NCBI GenBank assembly: GCA_018814405.1
Contig: JAHIZO010000005.1
Coordinates: 234,684 to 298,683, forward strand
Direction of reading: 5' to 3'
DNA: 64,000 bases
Origin: Gammaproteobacteria bacterium
Lineage (GTDB): Bacteria > Pseudomonadota > Gammaproteobacteria > Burkholderiales > Gallionellaceae
Position 1 is the first letter of the stretch, and the number at the start of each line of letters is the position of its first letter. Positions 10,315 to 20,479 of the stretch are shown piece after piece. The notes beneath the pieces are model-generated. The model saw only the letters and a program-made list of their open reading frames with translations, had not been told where the DNA came from and did not search any database. A program made the translations under genes and the position numbers.

Positions 10315-10722
10315 TTATCCAGGCTGTTCGCCGGACATCTGCCCCATGAGCATGGCGGCTGTCTGTTCGAGCAAAGCCACGTCAAGCACGCCGATACAGT
10401 CTTCTGCAACTTCTATACCCGCCAGCACGCTGGGGCGCTCTTCTTCTTTGATCTCCCATACATCCGTGGCATCGCCGCGCGCACGTATGGTGGTCAACGT
10501 CACAATCGCTGCATCGAGGATCTCAACGGCATCGGGTATCTGAGTGTTCTTCTGTACCAGTGCAGTGCGCACGACCGAGATGGCTACAGCCATTCTGGCA
10601 AATGCAGTCACGCTAAACCTTTCCTCGCAAGCCGCCTGATACGGCAGGTGCATGTCCATCGCGTAGATGTCTTTTAGGCCATTGGTAACGGGTACGCGCA
10701 GGTTTGTGGGTTTCTTGCTCAT
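10315..10722 (-). CDS. Hypothetical protein (135 aa)
   Basis: ORF with AGG-containing upstream region and plausible helical composition; no family recognised. Confidence 0.6.
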   Translation of the reverse strand: MSKKPTNLRVPVTNGLKDIYAMDMHLPYQAACEERFSVTAFARMAVAISVVRTALVQKNTQIPDAVEILDAAIVTLTTIRARGDATDVWEIKEEERPSVLAGIEVAEDCIGVLDVALLEQTAAMLMGQMSGEQPG

Positions 10723-10771
10723 TGTTGTGTGGCCTTTCCGCTTTTCAAAATACGCTCCTCATGTTGTGCAT

Positions 10772-12256
10772 TTACCAGCACTTTGCTTGCGCTACGAACC
10801 CAGCCCATTTTTTGTTGAACAAGGTGATGTGTTCGGCATAGTCATGTTCCATCCAGCCCCGAACCAGCGCGAGTGTATCGTGCCGTGCGGCATTGTCCAA
10901 TTCATCCAGCAGACGATGCGCGACGGCGATGTCATTCATGGTACCCAGAATGTCTTGCAAGACAGTCAATTTATTCAGATAGGCTTTGTATTTGTTCTGC
11001 GGCAGCAGGCTGCCGAACATCTCCAGACTGTAACGCAGTTTTTTGCATGCGATCCGTAATGCGTGAAACTGTTTGGTGTTTTCGATGGATAAGGTATTTC
11101 CTGTCGCCAATACTTGTTTGCTGCGCTTCTCGAGTATCTTGCGGACGAACTTCTCAATAGAAGGCTGTGAGCTATCTGCACTGTCTGCATGCATCCATGC
11201 GCCGAAACGCAATAGCAGGCGCTGGAAATCCTGTGAGGCCAAGCTGCTTTCCATTCCAGCATGCTGTTTGTTGCGCATCCGTTCGCAGGTGCCCAATAAG
11301 GCGCGCAGGCCTTCGTGCTCGGGTAAACGGGCGCAGATGGGGGCCAGTGTCTGTGTTACGAACACATCCCAATCGCGTGAGCGCCCCAGAGCGATACAAA
11401 GCTCGGATACCTGTCGATACAGATCATCCAGTTCAGTGCCGGGATAGACGCGCTTGGTCACGGATAGCACCACACGCAAACGCCGCAGGCCGACACGTAC
11501 TTGATGCAGATACTCATCATCCAGCTTGAGCAATGCCCCGCCGACATTCGACTGTATATGCGACAGACAGGAGGCAATCAGGGCTTTTAGTGCGCTGCTT
11601 ATATCTTGCGATGGCTGCAATGCAGCGAACTTGCCTTTGCTGACCGCTGGCTTGGAGGCCGAGAACAAGCGGTAACCATATGCAGCCTTGCTGGTGTGCT
11701 CGACTTCTAGCGGCACGATATCGAGCAGCTTGAGCGCCAGCTTGAACAGTTGCTGCGGTGCGCCGGATTTGAGTTCGAGCTCCAGCTCCGAGATGGGGCA
11801 CATTCCCTGCCCTGCCCGTATCTCACCGCTATCCATACTCAGTTCGATCTGCGCTCCCTCAAAATCAAGCAGGCGCACATTGCGCGTGAAGTCGGTGACG
11901 AAGACCGGCTGCAGATGGTTGCGAACGCCGTGGGGAAGTTTGCCGCCGCTCAGCTTGAATGCCTCCAGATCAAGTTGCTCGGCCGGGACTGGCATCTCCC
12001 ATTCATTGCGCTGGTGTAATCCGGCACTCGACTGACCGCCGCCCTTCAAGGTCTGTAACCATTGTTTGCCGACGCGGCGCAGGCGCAAAGCCATGGCATG
12101 CCGCTGCAAAGTCAGCTTTGGGGTGTCGTAATAGATGCTGTAAAGCTTGAGCGTGCGCGCCCGCTCGATGGAATGGGTGCGCAGCAGAGGATGGCGCTTC
12201 AGGCGCTGTAGCTTGTCGGGAGAGATATGCAGTTTGAGTTCGGTTTCTACTGCCAT
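10772..12256 (-). CDS. CYTH + CHAD domain protein (YgiF-like inorganic triphosphatase)
   Basis: ETELKL N-terminus, YYDTP, ELELELK; CHAD motifs LHQVRVGLRRLR and HALRIACKKLRY. Confidence 0.88.
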   Translation of the reverse strand: MAVETELKLHISPDKLQRLKRHPLLRTHSIERARTLKLYSIYYDTPKLTLQRHAMALRLRRVGKQWLQTLKGGGQSSAGLHQRNEWEMPVPAEQLDLEAFKLSGGKLPHGVRNHLQPVFVTDFTRNVRLLDFEGAQIELSMDSGEIRAGQGMCPISELELELKSGAPQQLFKLALKLLDIVPLEVEHTSKAAYGYRLFSASKPAVSKGKFAALQPSQDISSALKALIASCLSHIQSNVGGALLKLDDEYLHQVRVGLRRLRVVLSVTKRVYPGTELDDLYRQVSELCIALGRSRDWDVFVTQTLAPICARLPEHEGLRALLGTCERMRNKQHAGMESSLASQDFQRLLLRFGAWMHADSADSSQPSIEKFVRKILEKRSKQVLATGNTLSIENTKQFHALRIACKKLRYSLEMFGSLLPQNKYKAYLNKLTVLQDILGTMNDIAVAHRLLDELDNAARHDTLALVRGWMEHDYAEHITLFNKKWAGFVAQAKCW

Positions 12257-12265
12257 ATCGCCTCC

Positions 12266-13450
12266 CTATGCAGAAAGTCCCGCTGCATGCCCCGAGGCCC
12301 ATGCCCACTGGAAGTTGTAGCCACCAAGCTGGCCGGTGACGTCCACCACCTCGCCGATGAAATACAGCCCCGATACGTCATTGCATTCCATGGTCTTGGA
12401 AGATAAGGCGCGGGTGTCCACACCACCACAGGTGACCTCGGCTTTGCTGTAGCCCACCGTGCCGGTCGGCGTGATCTGCCAGCCTTTGATCTTGTCTGCC
12501 AAGGCGGCAAGTTGTTTGGGGGAATGCTGATTGACCGGGATGTTATCGCTCCAGTGGGTGGCGATGATCTCCGCCAGACGTTTGGGCAGATATTGCGTAA
12601 GGAAATTAGTCAGCAGCATCTTGCAGGCGCGCTGTTCTATAAATATAGCGTGCAGGTCGTGATCAGGCAGCAGATCGATGGATAGCGGCTGCCCATGCTC
12701 CCAGTAAGAGGAGATTTGCAGGATGGCCGGACCGCTCAGACCGTGATGGGTGAATAGAAGGTTCTCGCGGAAACTCTGTTTACTGAAAGTGACGACGGCC
12801 TCCAGCGATGCGCCCGATAGGTCTGCATAAGCACTCCACTCTTCCGGATGGAAGTTGAGCGGCACCAGTCCGGGTTTGAGCTTGGTCATAGGGACATGGA
12901 ATTGCTCGGCGACTTTATATCCGAACGGGGTCGCGCCGATCTTGGGGATGGAAAGCCCGCCGCTGGCTACGACCAGCGAACTGGCTATATATATGCCGCG
13001 CGAGGTGTGCACGTTGAATCCGTCCTCATGCGAGATATGTTCGACCGAGCACGGCATGCTCCAGCGCACCCCTGCCGCATCACATTCCGATTTGAGCATG
13101 GCGATGATTGCTTCCGATCCGTCATCGCAAAACAATTGGCCGAGTGTTTTCTCGTGAAAACTGATGCCGTGCTTTTCCAGCAGCCCGATGAAATGTTGCG
13201 GCGTGTAACGGGCCAGCGCGGAGCGGCAGAAGTGCGGATTGTTTGAAATATAGTTGTCCGGCTTGACGTTCAGATTGGTGAAGTTGCAACGGCCACCACC
13301 GGAGATGCGGATCTTTTCGGCCAGCTTGTTGCTGTGATCGAGCAATACCACCGAGCGACCACGTTGAGCGGCGGTCAACGCACACATCAATCCTGCCGCA
13401 CCGGCGCCTATGATCAGTACATCCGTTGCGATAGGTGATTTGGCGTTCAT
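12266..13450 (-). CDS. HI0933/YhiN (BaiN-like) NAD(P)/FAD-dependent oxidoreductase
   Basis: IIGAGAAG, KIRISGGGRCNFTN, TGQLGGYNFQWAWASG; start set at MNAK, overlapping the dnaQ stop. Confidence 0.88.
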   Translation of the reverse strand: MNAKSPIATDVLIIGAGAAGLMCALTAAQRGRSVVLLDHSNKLAEKIRISGGGRCNFTNLNVKPDNYISNNPHFCRSALARYTPQHFIGLLEKHGISFHEKTLGQLFCDDGSEAIIAMLKSECDAAGVRWSMPCSVEHISHEDGFNVHTSRGIYIASSLVVASGGLSIPKIGATPFGYKVAEQFHVPMTKLKPGLVPLNFHPEEWSAYADLSGASLEAVVTFSKQSFRENLLFTHHGLSGPAILQISSYWEHGQPLSIDLLPDHDLHAIFIEQRACKMLLTNFLTQYLPKRLAEIIATHWSDNIPVNQHSPKQLAALADKIKGWQITPTGTVGYSKAEVTCGGVDTRALSSKTMECNDVSGLYFIGEVVDVTGQLGGYNFQWAWASGHAAGLSA

Positions 13451-14148
13451 CCCGGTATTTCCAATTGGCGCCAGATACAAGCGCCCTTGCTGGCCTTGTC
13501 GATATCACCCAACTGCGTCTCATGCTGTGCCAGTTCCTCTTCACTGGCGAGCAATACGCGCACCGGGACTGAGATGCGCTCGGTTTGAGCGTTGCTATCG
13601 GCTGTCTCCGTATTTTCGGCTTCGCCGCCGAGTAGGCTTTCCTGTCCGCGCGTCATGCCCAGATAGACTTCAGCCAGCAGTTCGGTATCCAACAAAGCGC
13701 CGTGCAAAGTACGGTGCGAGTTGTCGATCTGATAACGATCGCATAGTGCATTCAGATTGTTCTTCTTGCCTGGATGCAGATCCTTGGCCACTTTCAGGGT
13801 GTCGAGAACCTGGTTGTCCAATGTGGGGAGACCGGCCAGTGACAGTTCGGTGTTGAGGAAGCCCATATCGAACGGCGCGTTGTGGATGATCAACTCTGCC
13901 CCGGCGATGAATTCCAGCAAGGCGGGGGCGATCTCGATGAATTTGGGCTCGTCCTGCAAACGATCCAAGGTCAGGCCGTGCACGGCGGCAGCACCTTCGT
14001 CGATCTCCCGCTCCGGATTGATGTAGCGATGGAAGGTGCGTCCAGATACCTTGCGCCCGTCCAGCTCAATGGCAGCGACTTCGATGATGCGATGGCCCTT
14101 CTTGGGGTCCAGTCCGGTCGTTTCCGTATCCAGTACAACTTGTCTCAT
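13447..14148 (-). CDS. dnaQ: DNA polymerase III epsilon subunit
   Basis: LDTETTG, HNAPFD, HGALLD (DEDDh exonuclease). Confidence 0.93.
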   Translation of the reverse strand: MRQVVLDTETTGLDPKKGHRIIEVAAIELDGRKVSGRTFHRYINPEREIDEGAAAVHGLTLDRLQDEPKFIEIAPALLEFIAGAELIIHNAPFDMGFLNTELSLAGLPTLDNQVLDTLKVAKDLHPGKKNNLNALCDRYQIDNSHRTLHGALLDTELLAEVYLGMTRGQESLLGGEAENTETADSNAQTERISVPVRVLLASEEELAQHETQLGDIDKASKGACIWRQLEIPG

Positions 14149-14289
14149 GGTTGCCTCTAAAAGTTCAAAATTCTAAGCAAGGCAAGGCGCGAGCAAAAAA
14201 TCGCGACGTAGCATATGCCTGATATGTAAGGAGTGATTTTTTGTGAGCAACACTGTATTGCGACGAAGTTTGGATTTTTAGAGGTGACC
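14149..14289. mobile_element. 141-bp MITE-like palindromic repeat, copy 1
   Basis: 25-bp imperfect terminal inverted repeats (GGTTGCCTCTAAAAGTTCAAAATTC / GGTCACCTCTAAAAATCCAAACTTC); 120/141 identical without gaps to the reverse complement of 58584-58724 (hand alignment). Confidence 0.8.
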
Positions 14290-14736
14290 TCATGCCTGCT
14301 CCCTCAATGTCTCGATACCGCGATTGGCCAGTGCGTCGGCGCGTTCGTTGCCTTCATGGCCTGCGTGGCCTTTGACCCATACCCACTCGATGTGGTGGCG
14401 GGTCACCGCATCGTCCAAGCGCTTCCATAAATCATCATTCTTCACTGGCTGTTTGCTGGCGGTCTTCCAGCCGCGCTGTTTCCAGCCCGGCAACCATTCT
14501 GTGATGCCTTGCAGCACGTATTTGGAATCGGTATGCAGACGCACTTTGCAGGGGCGCGTCAACGTTTCCAAAGCCGCGATGGCCGCCATCAACTCCATGC
14601 GGTTGTTGGTGGTGTGTGCTTCGCCGCCGCACAGTTCACGTTCCTTGCCCTTGGCGCGCAACAATACGCCCCATCCGCCTATACCGGGATTGCCCTTGCA
14701 GGCACCATCACTGAAGATATCCACCACTTCACTCAT
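14290..14736 (-). CDS. rnhA: Ribonuclease HI
   Basis: [39 protein letters not shown]. Confidence 0.95.
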   Translation of the reverse strand: MSEVVDIFSDGACKGNPGIGGWGVLLRAKGKERELCGGEAHTTNNRMELMAAIAALETLTRPCKVRLHTDSKYVLQGITEWLPGWKQRGWKTASKQPVKNDDLWKRLDDAVTRHHIEWVWVKGHAGHEGNERADALANRGIETLREQA

Positions 14737-15475
14737 CTGTTCCACTCTTCTGTACACCTTTATTCATTTTGGGAGACGCTGGCATCAACTTGCGCACCAG
14801 CCCTTCGTTCCATTTGGGTTTGATCAGGCGCATACCGGGCACACGTTTGATTGCATGCAGAAAATAGATGCCGCCACTGACCGCCCACCATCTGTCGCCG
14901 GCCTTTTCCATGAAGGAGGCGCGATCCAGCCATTTTTTCTGGCGGAACGGTGGCGCATAGGCAGCGAAACGACCGCCGACTACTTCGAACCCCAGTAGGG
15001 CCAGCCAGTCTTTGAGTCGGGTCAAACCGATGAAGCGCGCATCCCAGGGGTAGCCTTGCTTGCGTCCCAGTGCCCGGTGCAGTCCCCATAGACTGTAGGG
15101 ATTGAAACCACTGATGATGAGGTTCCCCTCCGGCATCAGCACGCGTTCCACTTCGCGGATGATCTGGTGCGGATTGTCGGAAAACTCCAAAACGTGAGGC
15201 ATCAGCACCAGATCCAAGCTTGCACTCTCAAAGGGCAGCTCGGAGCAGATCAGGCGAACGTCATTGCCATGAAGGTTGCCGGCGGTAAAGCGCAGCGGCA
15301 TGCGGCTGTTGCGCAGAAAGTCCTGACCGGGCACGCCGATCTGCAGTGCATTGAAGCCGAATATGTCGCTCACCGTATGGTCAAAATAGGCTTGCTCGCG
15401 TGTCAGCGCATAGTCGCCCTGCTCCGTGGTGAACCATTCGCTCAGACTTTTCGAGATTACTTTAGAATTCGGCAT
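14729..15475 (-). CDS. Class I SAM-dependent methyltransferase (YafS-like)
   Basis: [36 protein letters not shown]; usual position between gloB and rnhA. Confidence 0.85.
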   Translation of the reverse strand: MPNSKVISKSLSEWFTTEQGDYALTREQAYFDHTVSDIFGFNALQIGVPGQDFLRNSRMPLRFTAGNLHGNDVRLICSELPFESASLDLVLMPHVLEFSDNPHQIIREVERVLMPEGNLIISGFNPYSLWGLHRALGRKQGYPWDARFIGLTRLKDWLALLGFEVVGGRFAAYAPPFRQKKWLDRASFMEKAGDRWWAVSGGIYFLHAIKRVPGMRLIKPKWNEGLVRKLMPASPKMNKGVQKSGTDE

Positions 15476-15493
15476 CGAAGCTACAGACCTATT

Positions 15494-16279
15494 ATGTTGA
15501 AAATCTCGCCTATCCCCGCCCTGAACGACAACTACATATGGGCGATCCACGGCCAGTCTGAAACGGTCGTCATCGTCGATCCCGGCGAGGCAGCGCCTGT
15601 CTTTGCGTTTCTGAAGCAGACCGGCTTAAAGTTGACCGCCATCCTCTGTACCCATCGTCATCATGACCATGTCGACGGCATCGAGGAATTGCGTGAAGTA
15701 TATAACGTGCCGGTGTACGGACGAAGCCATCCTAACAATCCGCACATCACGCATGCGTTACAGGAAGGTGACAAACTGCGGCTGGAAGATATACCGGTTG
15801 AATTCGAGATATGGGAGTTGCCAGGACATCTGGTCGATCACATTGCTTTTGTTACACCGGGGGCCGTGTTCAGTGGAGACATCCTATTCGGTGCCGGTTG
15901 CGGCAAGAACTTCGAGGGGAGCCCAGAGCAGCTGTACCACTCTTTGCAGAGATTGGCCGGATTGCCGGACGAGACACTGGTCTATTGTGCGCACGAATAC
16001 ACGGCGTACACGCTGTTGTTCGCGGCTCATAGCGAACCCGACAATGCCGCGATCAAGCAACGCATCGAGGCGACACGGGCATTACGCGCCGAAGGGCATC
16101 CGACGGTGCCTTTCACTATCGCGTTGGAAAAAGCGACTAATCCTTTTCTGCGTGTCGACCGACCGGGGCTGATAGAGAAGCTGGAAGCGCACGGACTGAT
16201 CGATGACAGTCCGGCCAGCGTATTCGCGGCATTGTTAAGATGGCACGATCATTTCCGATTGCCTCGCAAGCCGTTCTAG
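15494..16279 (+). CDS. gloB: Hydroxyacylglutathione hydrolase (glyoxalase II)
   Basis: IPALNDNYIW, THRHHDH, PGH, GDILFGAGCG, CAHEYT, EKATNPFLR. Confidence 0.85.
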   Translation: MLKISPIPALNDNYIWAIHGQSETVVIVDPGEAAPVFAFLKQTGLKLTAILCTHRHHDHVDGIEELREVYNVPVYGRSHPNNPHITHALQEGDKLRLEDIPVEFEIWELPGHLVDHIAFVTPGAVFSGDILFGAGCGKNFEGSPEQLYHSLQRLAGLPDETLVYCAHEYTAYTLLFAAHSEPDNAAIKQRIEATRALRAEGHPTVPFTIALEKATNPFLRVDRPGLIEKLEAHGLIDDSPASVFAALLRWHDHFRLPRKPF

Positions 16280-16299
16280 TTTATTCTGCGCGCCCTTCC

Positions 16300-16390
<91 letters not shown>

Positions 16391-16398
16391 GACAAGTC

Positions 16399-16422
16399 AA
16401 GACACCCGCAAGGGTGTCTTTT
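16399..16422 (+). terminator. Intrinsic terminator after tRNA-Ser
   Basis: AAGACACCC-GCAA-GGGTGTCTTTT. Confidence 0.75.
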
Positions 16423-16447
16423 CATTTGCGGGAAGAGAAAACCGAAC

Positions 16448-16466
16448 AATCTCTCCCTCTCCGCCA
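16448..16466 (+). repeat. Degenerate direct repeat of the tRNA-Ser 3' end (att-like)
   Basis: AATCTCTCCCTCTCCGCCA vs AATCCCGCCCTCTCCGCCA (16372-16390), 17/19 identical. Confidence 0.6.
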
Positions 16467-16471
16467 AATAT

Positions 16472-16499
16472 AAATCGCCCCTCGTGGGCGATTTTTATT
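16472..16499 (+). terminator. Second intrinsic terminator, after the att-like repeat
   Basis: AAATCGCCC-CTCGT-GGGCGATTTTTATT. Confidence 0.65.
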
Positions 16500-16578
16500 T
16501 GCCTCAGCTGTTTCAGCTTGGAGCAAGTGCGTATAGACTATTTTCGGGTTCACACACAGAAAGCACGCCTTCATTCCC

Positions 16579-19500
16579 ATGTTTTACATGCTGGAGATCG
16601 CTATTCGCATGTTCCATCGGCTACACATTCGTATAGTCGCGTTGCATTTAGTCGCCGTATTTTCCGTCACTGCCTTATCAATCAGTAGCGTTCATGCGGA
16701 ATCCAGACAAGTCCGGGTCGGTTTGTACGAGAATCCGCCTAAGGTATTCACCATGCCGGATGGCACAGCTGACGGCATCATGGTGGATATTTTGCAGGAG
16801 GTCGCCAAGCGGGAAGATTGGCAAATCAGCTTCGTCTCTTGCGATTGGCAAGCCTGTTTGCAACAACTCAAGGCTGGCAAGATCGATCTGATGCCGGATG
16901 TGGCTTTCACCGAAGGGCGCAATACCGAGTTCGACTTTCACGAAACAGCTGCCCTGCATAGCTGGTCCCAATTCTTTCGCAACGAGCATGCTTCTATCTC
17001 TTCTTTCTTGGAACTGGATGGCAAGCGTATCGCTGTGCTGGATGGCGGAGTCCAGCAGGAGCTTTTATCCGAGATGCTGCGCAATTTTGGCATCAAGGCA
17101 ATGATCATCCCGACTCGCAGCTATGAGGATGCATTCCGACTTACCCAAGCCGGGAAAGCGGATGCAGTCATCACCAACCACCATTTCGGTGAGTTCCAGG
17201 CCGGAAGTTATTCACTCATCGATACCGGCATCTATTTCAATCCCTCCCGTTTGTTCTACGCAACGGCCCACGGACAGAATGCCGACCTGTTACGCGCGAT
17301 CGACGGGCATTTGAGTCGCTGGCAAGCGGATCCGCATTCAGTATATTTCCGTACTCTCAAACACTGGGCATCACTTGGGCCGATAACGGTTATTCCTGCC
17401 TATTTGAAGCAGTTACTCTGGTTCATCATCGCCTTACTGCTCTCCACGAGTGTCGTGGCGCTCGTGCTACGGCATCGTCTGAGAGCCCGCACCCGATACT
17501 TGCGCGAGACAAAGTCACAGTTGCAATCGACACTGGATGCCCTGCCCGATTTGTTGATTGAAGTCGATGTCGAGGGGCGATATATCGATTACCACTCCCC
17601 GCATACTGAACTTCATGCACTGCCGCCGGATTTCTTTATCGGCAAACGTTTGACAGATGTCTTGCCTCAGCAGGCCGCCGAGACCGTGCAGGACGCGCTC
17701 ATCGAGGCTGAGAGAAAAGGCTATTCGCATGGTCTGCAGATCGAACTCGAACTTTCTGACGGAAAACATTGGTTCGAGCTTTCCGTCTCCCGAAAACCTG
17801 CAGAGTCGGGAAAGTTACCCAGCTTTATCGTGCTTTCGCGTGACATCAGCGGACGCAAAGTCACTGAAGGGAAGTTGCTGCGCCTGACCAATCTCTATAA
17901 CGCGCTTAGCCAATGCAATCAGGCTATTGTGCGCAGCACGAACGAGACCGAGCTATTCGGCATCATCTGTCGCGACGTGGTGAGACTGGGCGGCATGGAG
18001 ATGGCCTGGATCGGCCTGCTCGATGAGGACAGTTCTTTGATAAGGCCGGTTGCTTCTTATGGCAATGGCATCGAATATCTTGAAGGTTTGGAGATATCGG
18101 TGAATGCCGATGAGCCTACTGGAAAGGGACCAACGGGAACCTGCGTACGTGAACAGCGCCCTTACTGGTGCCAGGATTTTCAGCATGATCCAGCAACCTC
18201 GTTCTGGCACGAGCGGTCTGCACTTTTCAGCTGGGGCAGCTCTGCTTCTTTGCCTATCTATCGCAAGGGCAAGGCGATCGGTGCCTTTTCGCTCTATGCC
18301 AAAGAGGTCAATGCATTCGACGAGTCGGCCAGCAACCTGTTGATCGAGATGGCGATGGACATCAGTTATGCACTGGATCGCTTTGCAGATGATGCCCACC
18401 TGAAACAGACCACCCAAGAATTGCGCGATAAGGACGAGTTGTACCGTACTGCTTTCTACACCAGTCCGGATGCTGTCAACATCACGCGGCTAAGAGATGG
18501 GATGTATTTGGATGTGAACGAAGGGTTTGAACAAATCACCGGCTGGTGCAGGGATGAGGTGGTCGGCAAGACCTCTCTCGAGATCAAGGTTTGGCATTCC
18601 CTGGAAGACCGGAAGCGGCTGGTGGAGCGACTCCAGCGCGATGGTTACTGCGAGAATCTGGAAGCGACATTCACCAGAAAGGACGGCACCACACTCACCG
18701 GTCTTATGTCCGCAAAAGGTGTGGAGATCAAAGGTGAGCCCTGCATCCTTTCAATCACACGTGACATCTCATATTTACGTCAAACCGAGTCTTCATTGCT
18801 GAAACTGTCGCTAGCTGTTGAGCAGAGTCCGAATACGATCGTCATCACCGATTTGGATGCGCGCATCGAATACGTTAATCAGGCCTTCACCACCGTCACC
18901 GGTTACTCGCTGGAAGAGGCACGGGGGCAGAACCCTCGTATCCTGCAATCAGGCAAGACCCCCAAAGCGACCTATGACGAAATGTGGGCTCAACTCTCTG
19001 CCGGCAAGGCTTGGCATGGAGAATTGGTCAACAAGCGCAAGGACGGTTCTACCTATATCGAGGCGGCGACACTGTCGCCCGTACGTCAGGCAGATGGGCG
19101 CATCACCCATTATCTGGCGGTCAAAGAGAACATCACCGACAGAAAGATGGATGAGGCACGTATCGAACAACTGGCGAATTATGACCATTTGACGAATCTG
19201 CCAAACCGACGCATGTTGAACGAGCGTCTCACTTACGCCATCAGTCTGGCGCAACGCAACGGCGAGAAGCTGGCAGTGATGTTCATCGATCTGGATAACT
19301 TCCAGAACATCAATGATTCGCTGGGTCACAACATCGGCGACCGATACCTGATCGAGATCGCAAATCGACTGAAGGAGACCGTGCGCGAGGAGGATACCGT
19401 TTCGCGTCTGGGCGGTGATGAGTTCATCCTCGTATTCCCAGGGAATGATGCCGATGCGGCTGCCTTGGTTGCGGACAAACTGCTCGCTGCGATTGCCCGT

Positions 19501-20457
19501 CCCTGTGACATCGAACAGCACGAGTTGTTGAACACCGCTTCCATCGGCATCGCCATCTACCCGGCTGACGGAAATAGCCTGAACGAGTTGGTAAAGAACG
19601 CCGATACCGCGATGAATCGCCTCAAACAGGGTAGCCGCAATGCCTATTGCTTCTTCACCCCGGAGATGCAGGCACATTCGGTACGTAATTCACAGTTGGT
19701 CAGCGCCCTGCGTCAGGCTTTGGCACGCAACGAATTGCAGTTGCACTATCAGCCGCAAGTCTCACTGCTCGATGGACATGTTGTCGGTGCCGAAGCGTTG
19801 CTGCGTTGGAAGCATCCGGAGTACGGCGATATCTCCCCTGCCGAATTCATTCCCCTGGCCGAGGAAAGCGGACTGATCATTCCCATCGGAGAATGGGTGT
19901 TGCGTACGGCCGCACAACAAATGCAAGCATGGTTGGAGGCCGGACTGCCAAGCATGGTGATTGCGGTCAACCTGTCGGCCATCCAGTTCCGCCAGCCAAG
20001 ATTACCGGAAACGGTCTCGCAGATCCTGGAAGAAACAGGGCTCAGTGCCGATCACTTGGAACTGGAACTGACAGAAGCGGTTGCGATGGATGACCCACAG
20101 GCGGCGATGGAGATGATGGATAAACTGCACGAGCGCGGCATCCGCATGTCTATCGATGACTTTGGCACAGGCTATTCCTCGCTGAGCTATCTCAAACGTT
20201 TCAAGGTGTACAAACTGAAGATCGACCAGTCTTTCGTGCGCGACCTGACCGAAGACCCAGAAGATAAAGCCATCGTCACCGCTATCATCAATCTGGCCAG
20301 CAGTTTGGGCATGCACACCATCGCTGAAGGTGTGGAAACAGCCGGGCAGTTGGCTTATCTGCGTCTGCAAGGTTGTGACGAAGTGCAGGGCTATTATTTC
20401 AGTAAAGCCTTGCCGGCAGCTGATTTTGAAACCTACCTGCATCAGCATTCCGACTGA
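16579..20457 (+). CDS. Membrane diguanylate cyclase/phosphodiesterase: periplasmic solute-binding domain, TM, PAS, GAF, PAS, PAS, GGDEF, EAL
   Basis: SBP-like N-terminus (VRVGLYENPPK..G..DGIMVD), TM LLWFIIALLLSTSVVALVL, REED-TVSRL-GGDEF, GAEALLRW, DDFGTGYSS; start uncertain. Confidence 0.88.
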   Translation: MFYMLEIAIRMFHRLHIRIVALHLVAVFSVTALSISSVHAESRQVRVGLYENPPKVFTMPDGTADGIMVDILQEVAKREDWQISFVSCDWQACLQQLKAGKIDLMPDVAFTEGRNTEFDFHETAALHSWSQFFRNEHASISSFLELDGKRIAVLDGGVQQELLSEMLRNFGIKAMIIPTRSYEDAFRLTQAGKADAVITNHHFGEFQAGSYSLIDTGIYFNPSRLFYATAHGQNADLLRAIDGHLSRWQADPHSVYFRTLKHWASLGPITVIPAYLKQLLWFIIALLLSTSVVALVLRHRLRARTRYLRETKSQLQSTLDALPDLLIEVDVEGRYIDYHSPHTELHALPPDFFIGKRLTDVLPQQAAETVQDALIEAERKGYSHGLQIELELSDGKHWFELSVSRKPAESGKLPSFIVLSRDISGRKVTEGKLLRLTNLYNALSQCNQAIVRSTNETELFGIICRDVVRLGGMEMAWIGLLDEDSSLIRPVASYGNGIEYLEGLEISVNADEPTGKGPTGTCVREQRPYWCQDFQHDPATSFWHERSALFSWGSSASLPIYRKGKAIGAFSLYAKEVNAFDESASNLLIEMAMDISYALDRFADDAHLKQTTQELRDKDELYRTAFYTSPDAVNITRLRDGMYLDVNEGFEQITGWCRDEVVGKTSLEIKVWHSLEDRKRLVERLQRDGYCENLEATFTRKDGTTLTGLMSAKGVEIKGEPCILSITRDISYLRQTESSLLKLSLAVEQSPNTIVITDLDARIEYVNQAFTTVTGYSLEEARGQNPRILQSGKTPKATYDEMWAQLSAGKAWHGELVNKRKDGSTYIEAATLSPVRQADGRITHYLAVKENITDRKMDEARIEQLANYDHLTNLPNRRMLNERLTYAISLAQRNGEKLAVMFIDLDNFQNINDSLGHNIGDRYLIEIANRLKETVREEDTVSRLGGDEFILVFPGNDADAAALVADKLLAAIARPCDIEQHELLNTASIGIAIYPADGNSLNELVKNADTAMNRLKQGSRNAYCFFTPEMQAHSVRNSQLVSALRQALARNELQLHYQPQVSLLDGHVVGAEALLRWKHPEYGDISPAEFIPLAEESGLIIPIGEWVLRTAAQQMQAWLEAGLPSMVIAVNLSAIQFRQPRLPETVSQILEETGLSADHLELELTEAVAMDDPQAAMEMMDKLHERGIRMSIDDFGTGYSSLSYLKRFKVYKLKIDQSFVRDLTEDPEDKAIVTAIINLASSLGMHTIAEGVETAGQLAYLRLQGCDEVQGYYFSKALPAADFETYLHQHSD

Positions 20458-20479
20458 GCAGCCACTACATGAGGATGAA

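Noticed and set aside
15167-15493. 109-aa N-terminal extension of gloB
   Set aside because: It overlaps the divergent methyltransferase gene; glyoxalase II homology starts at MLKISPIP (15494).
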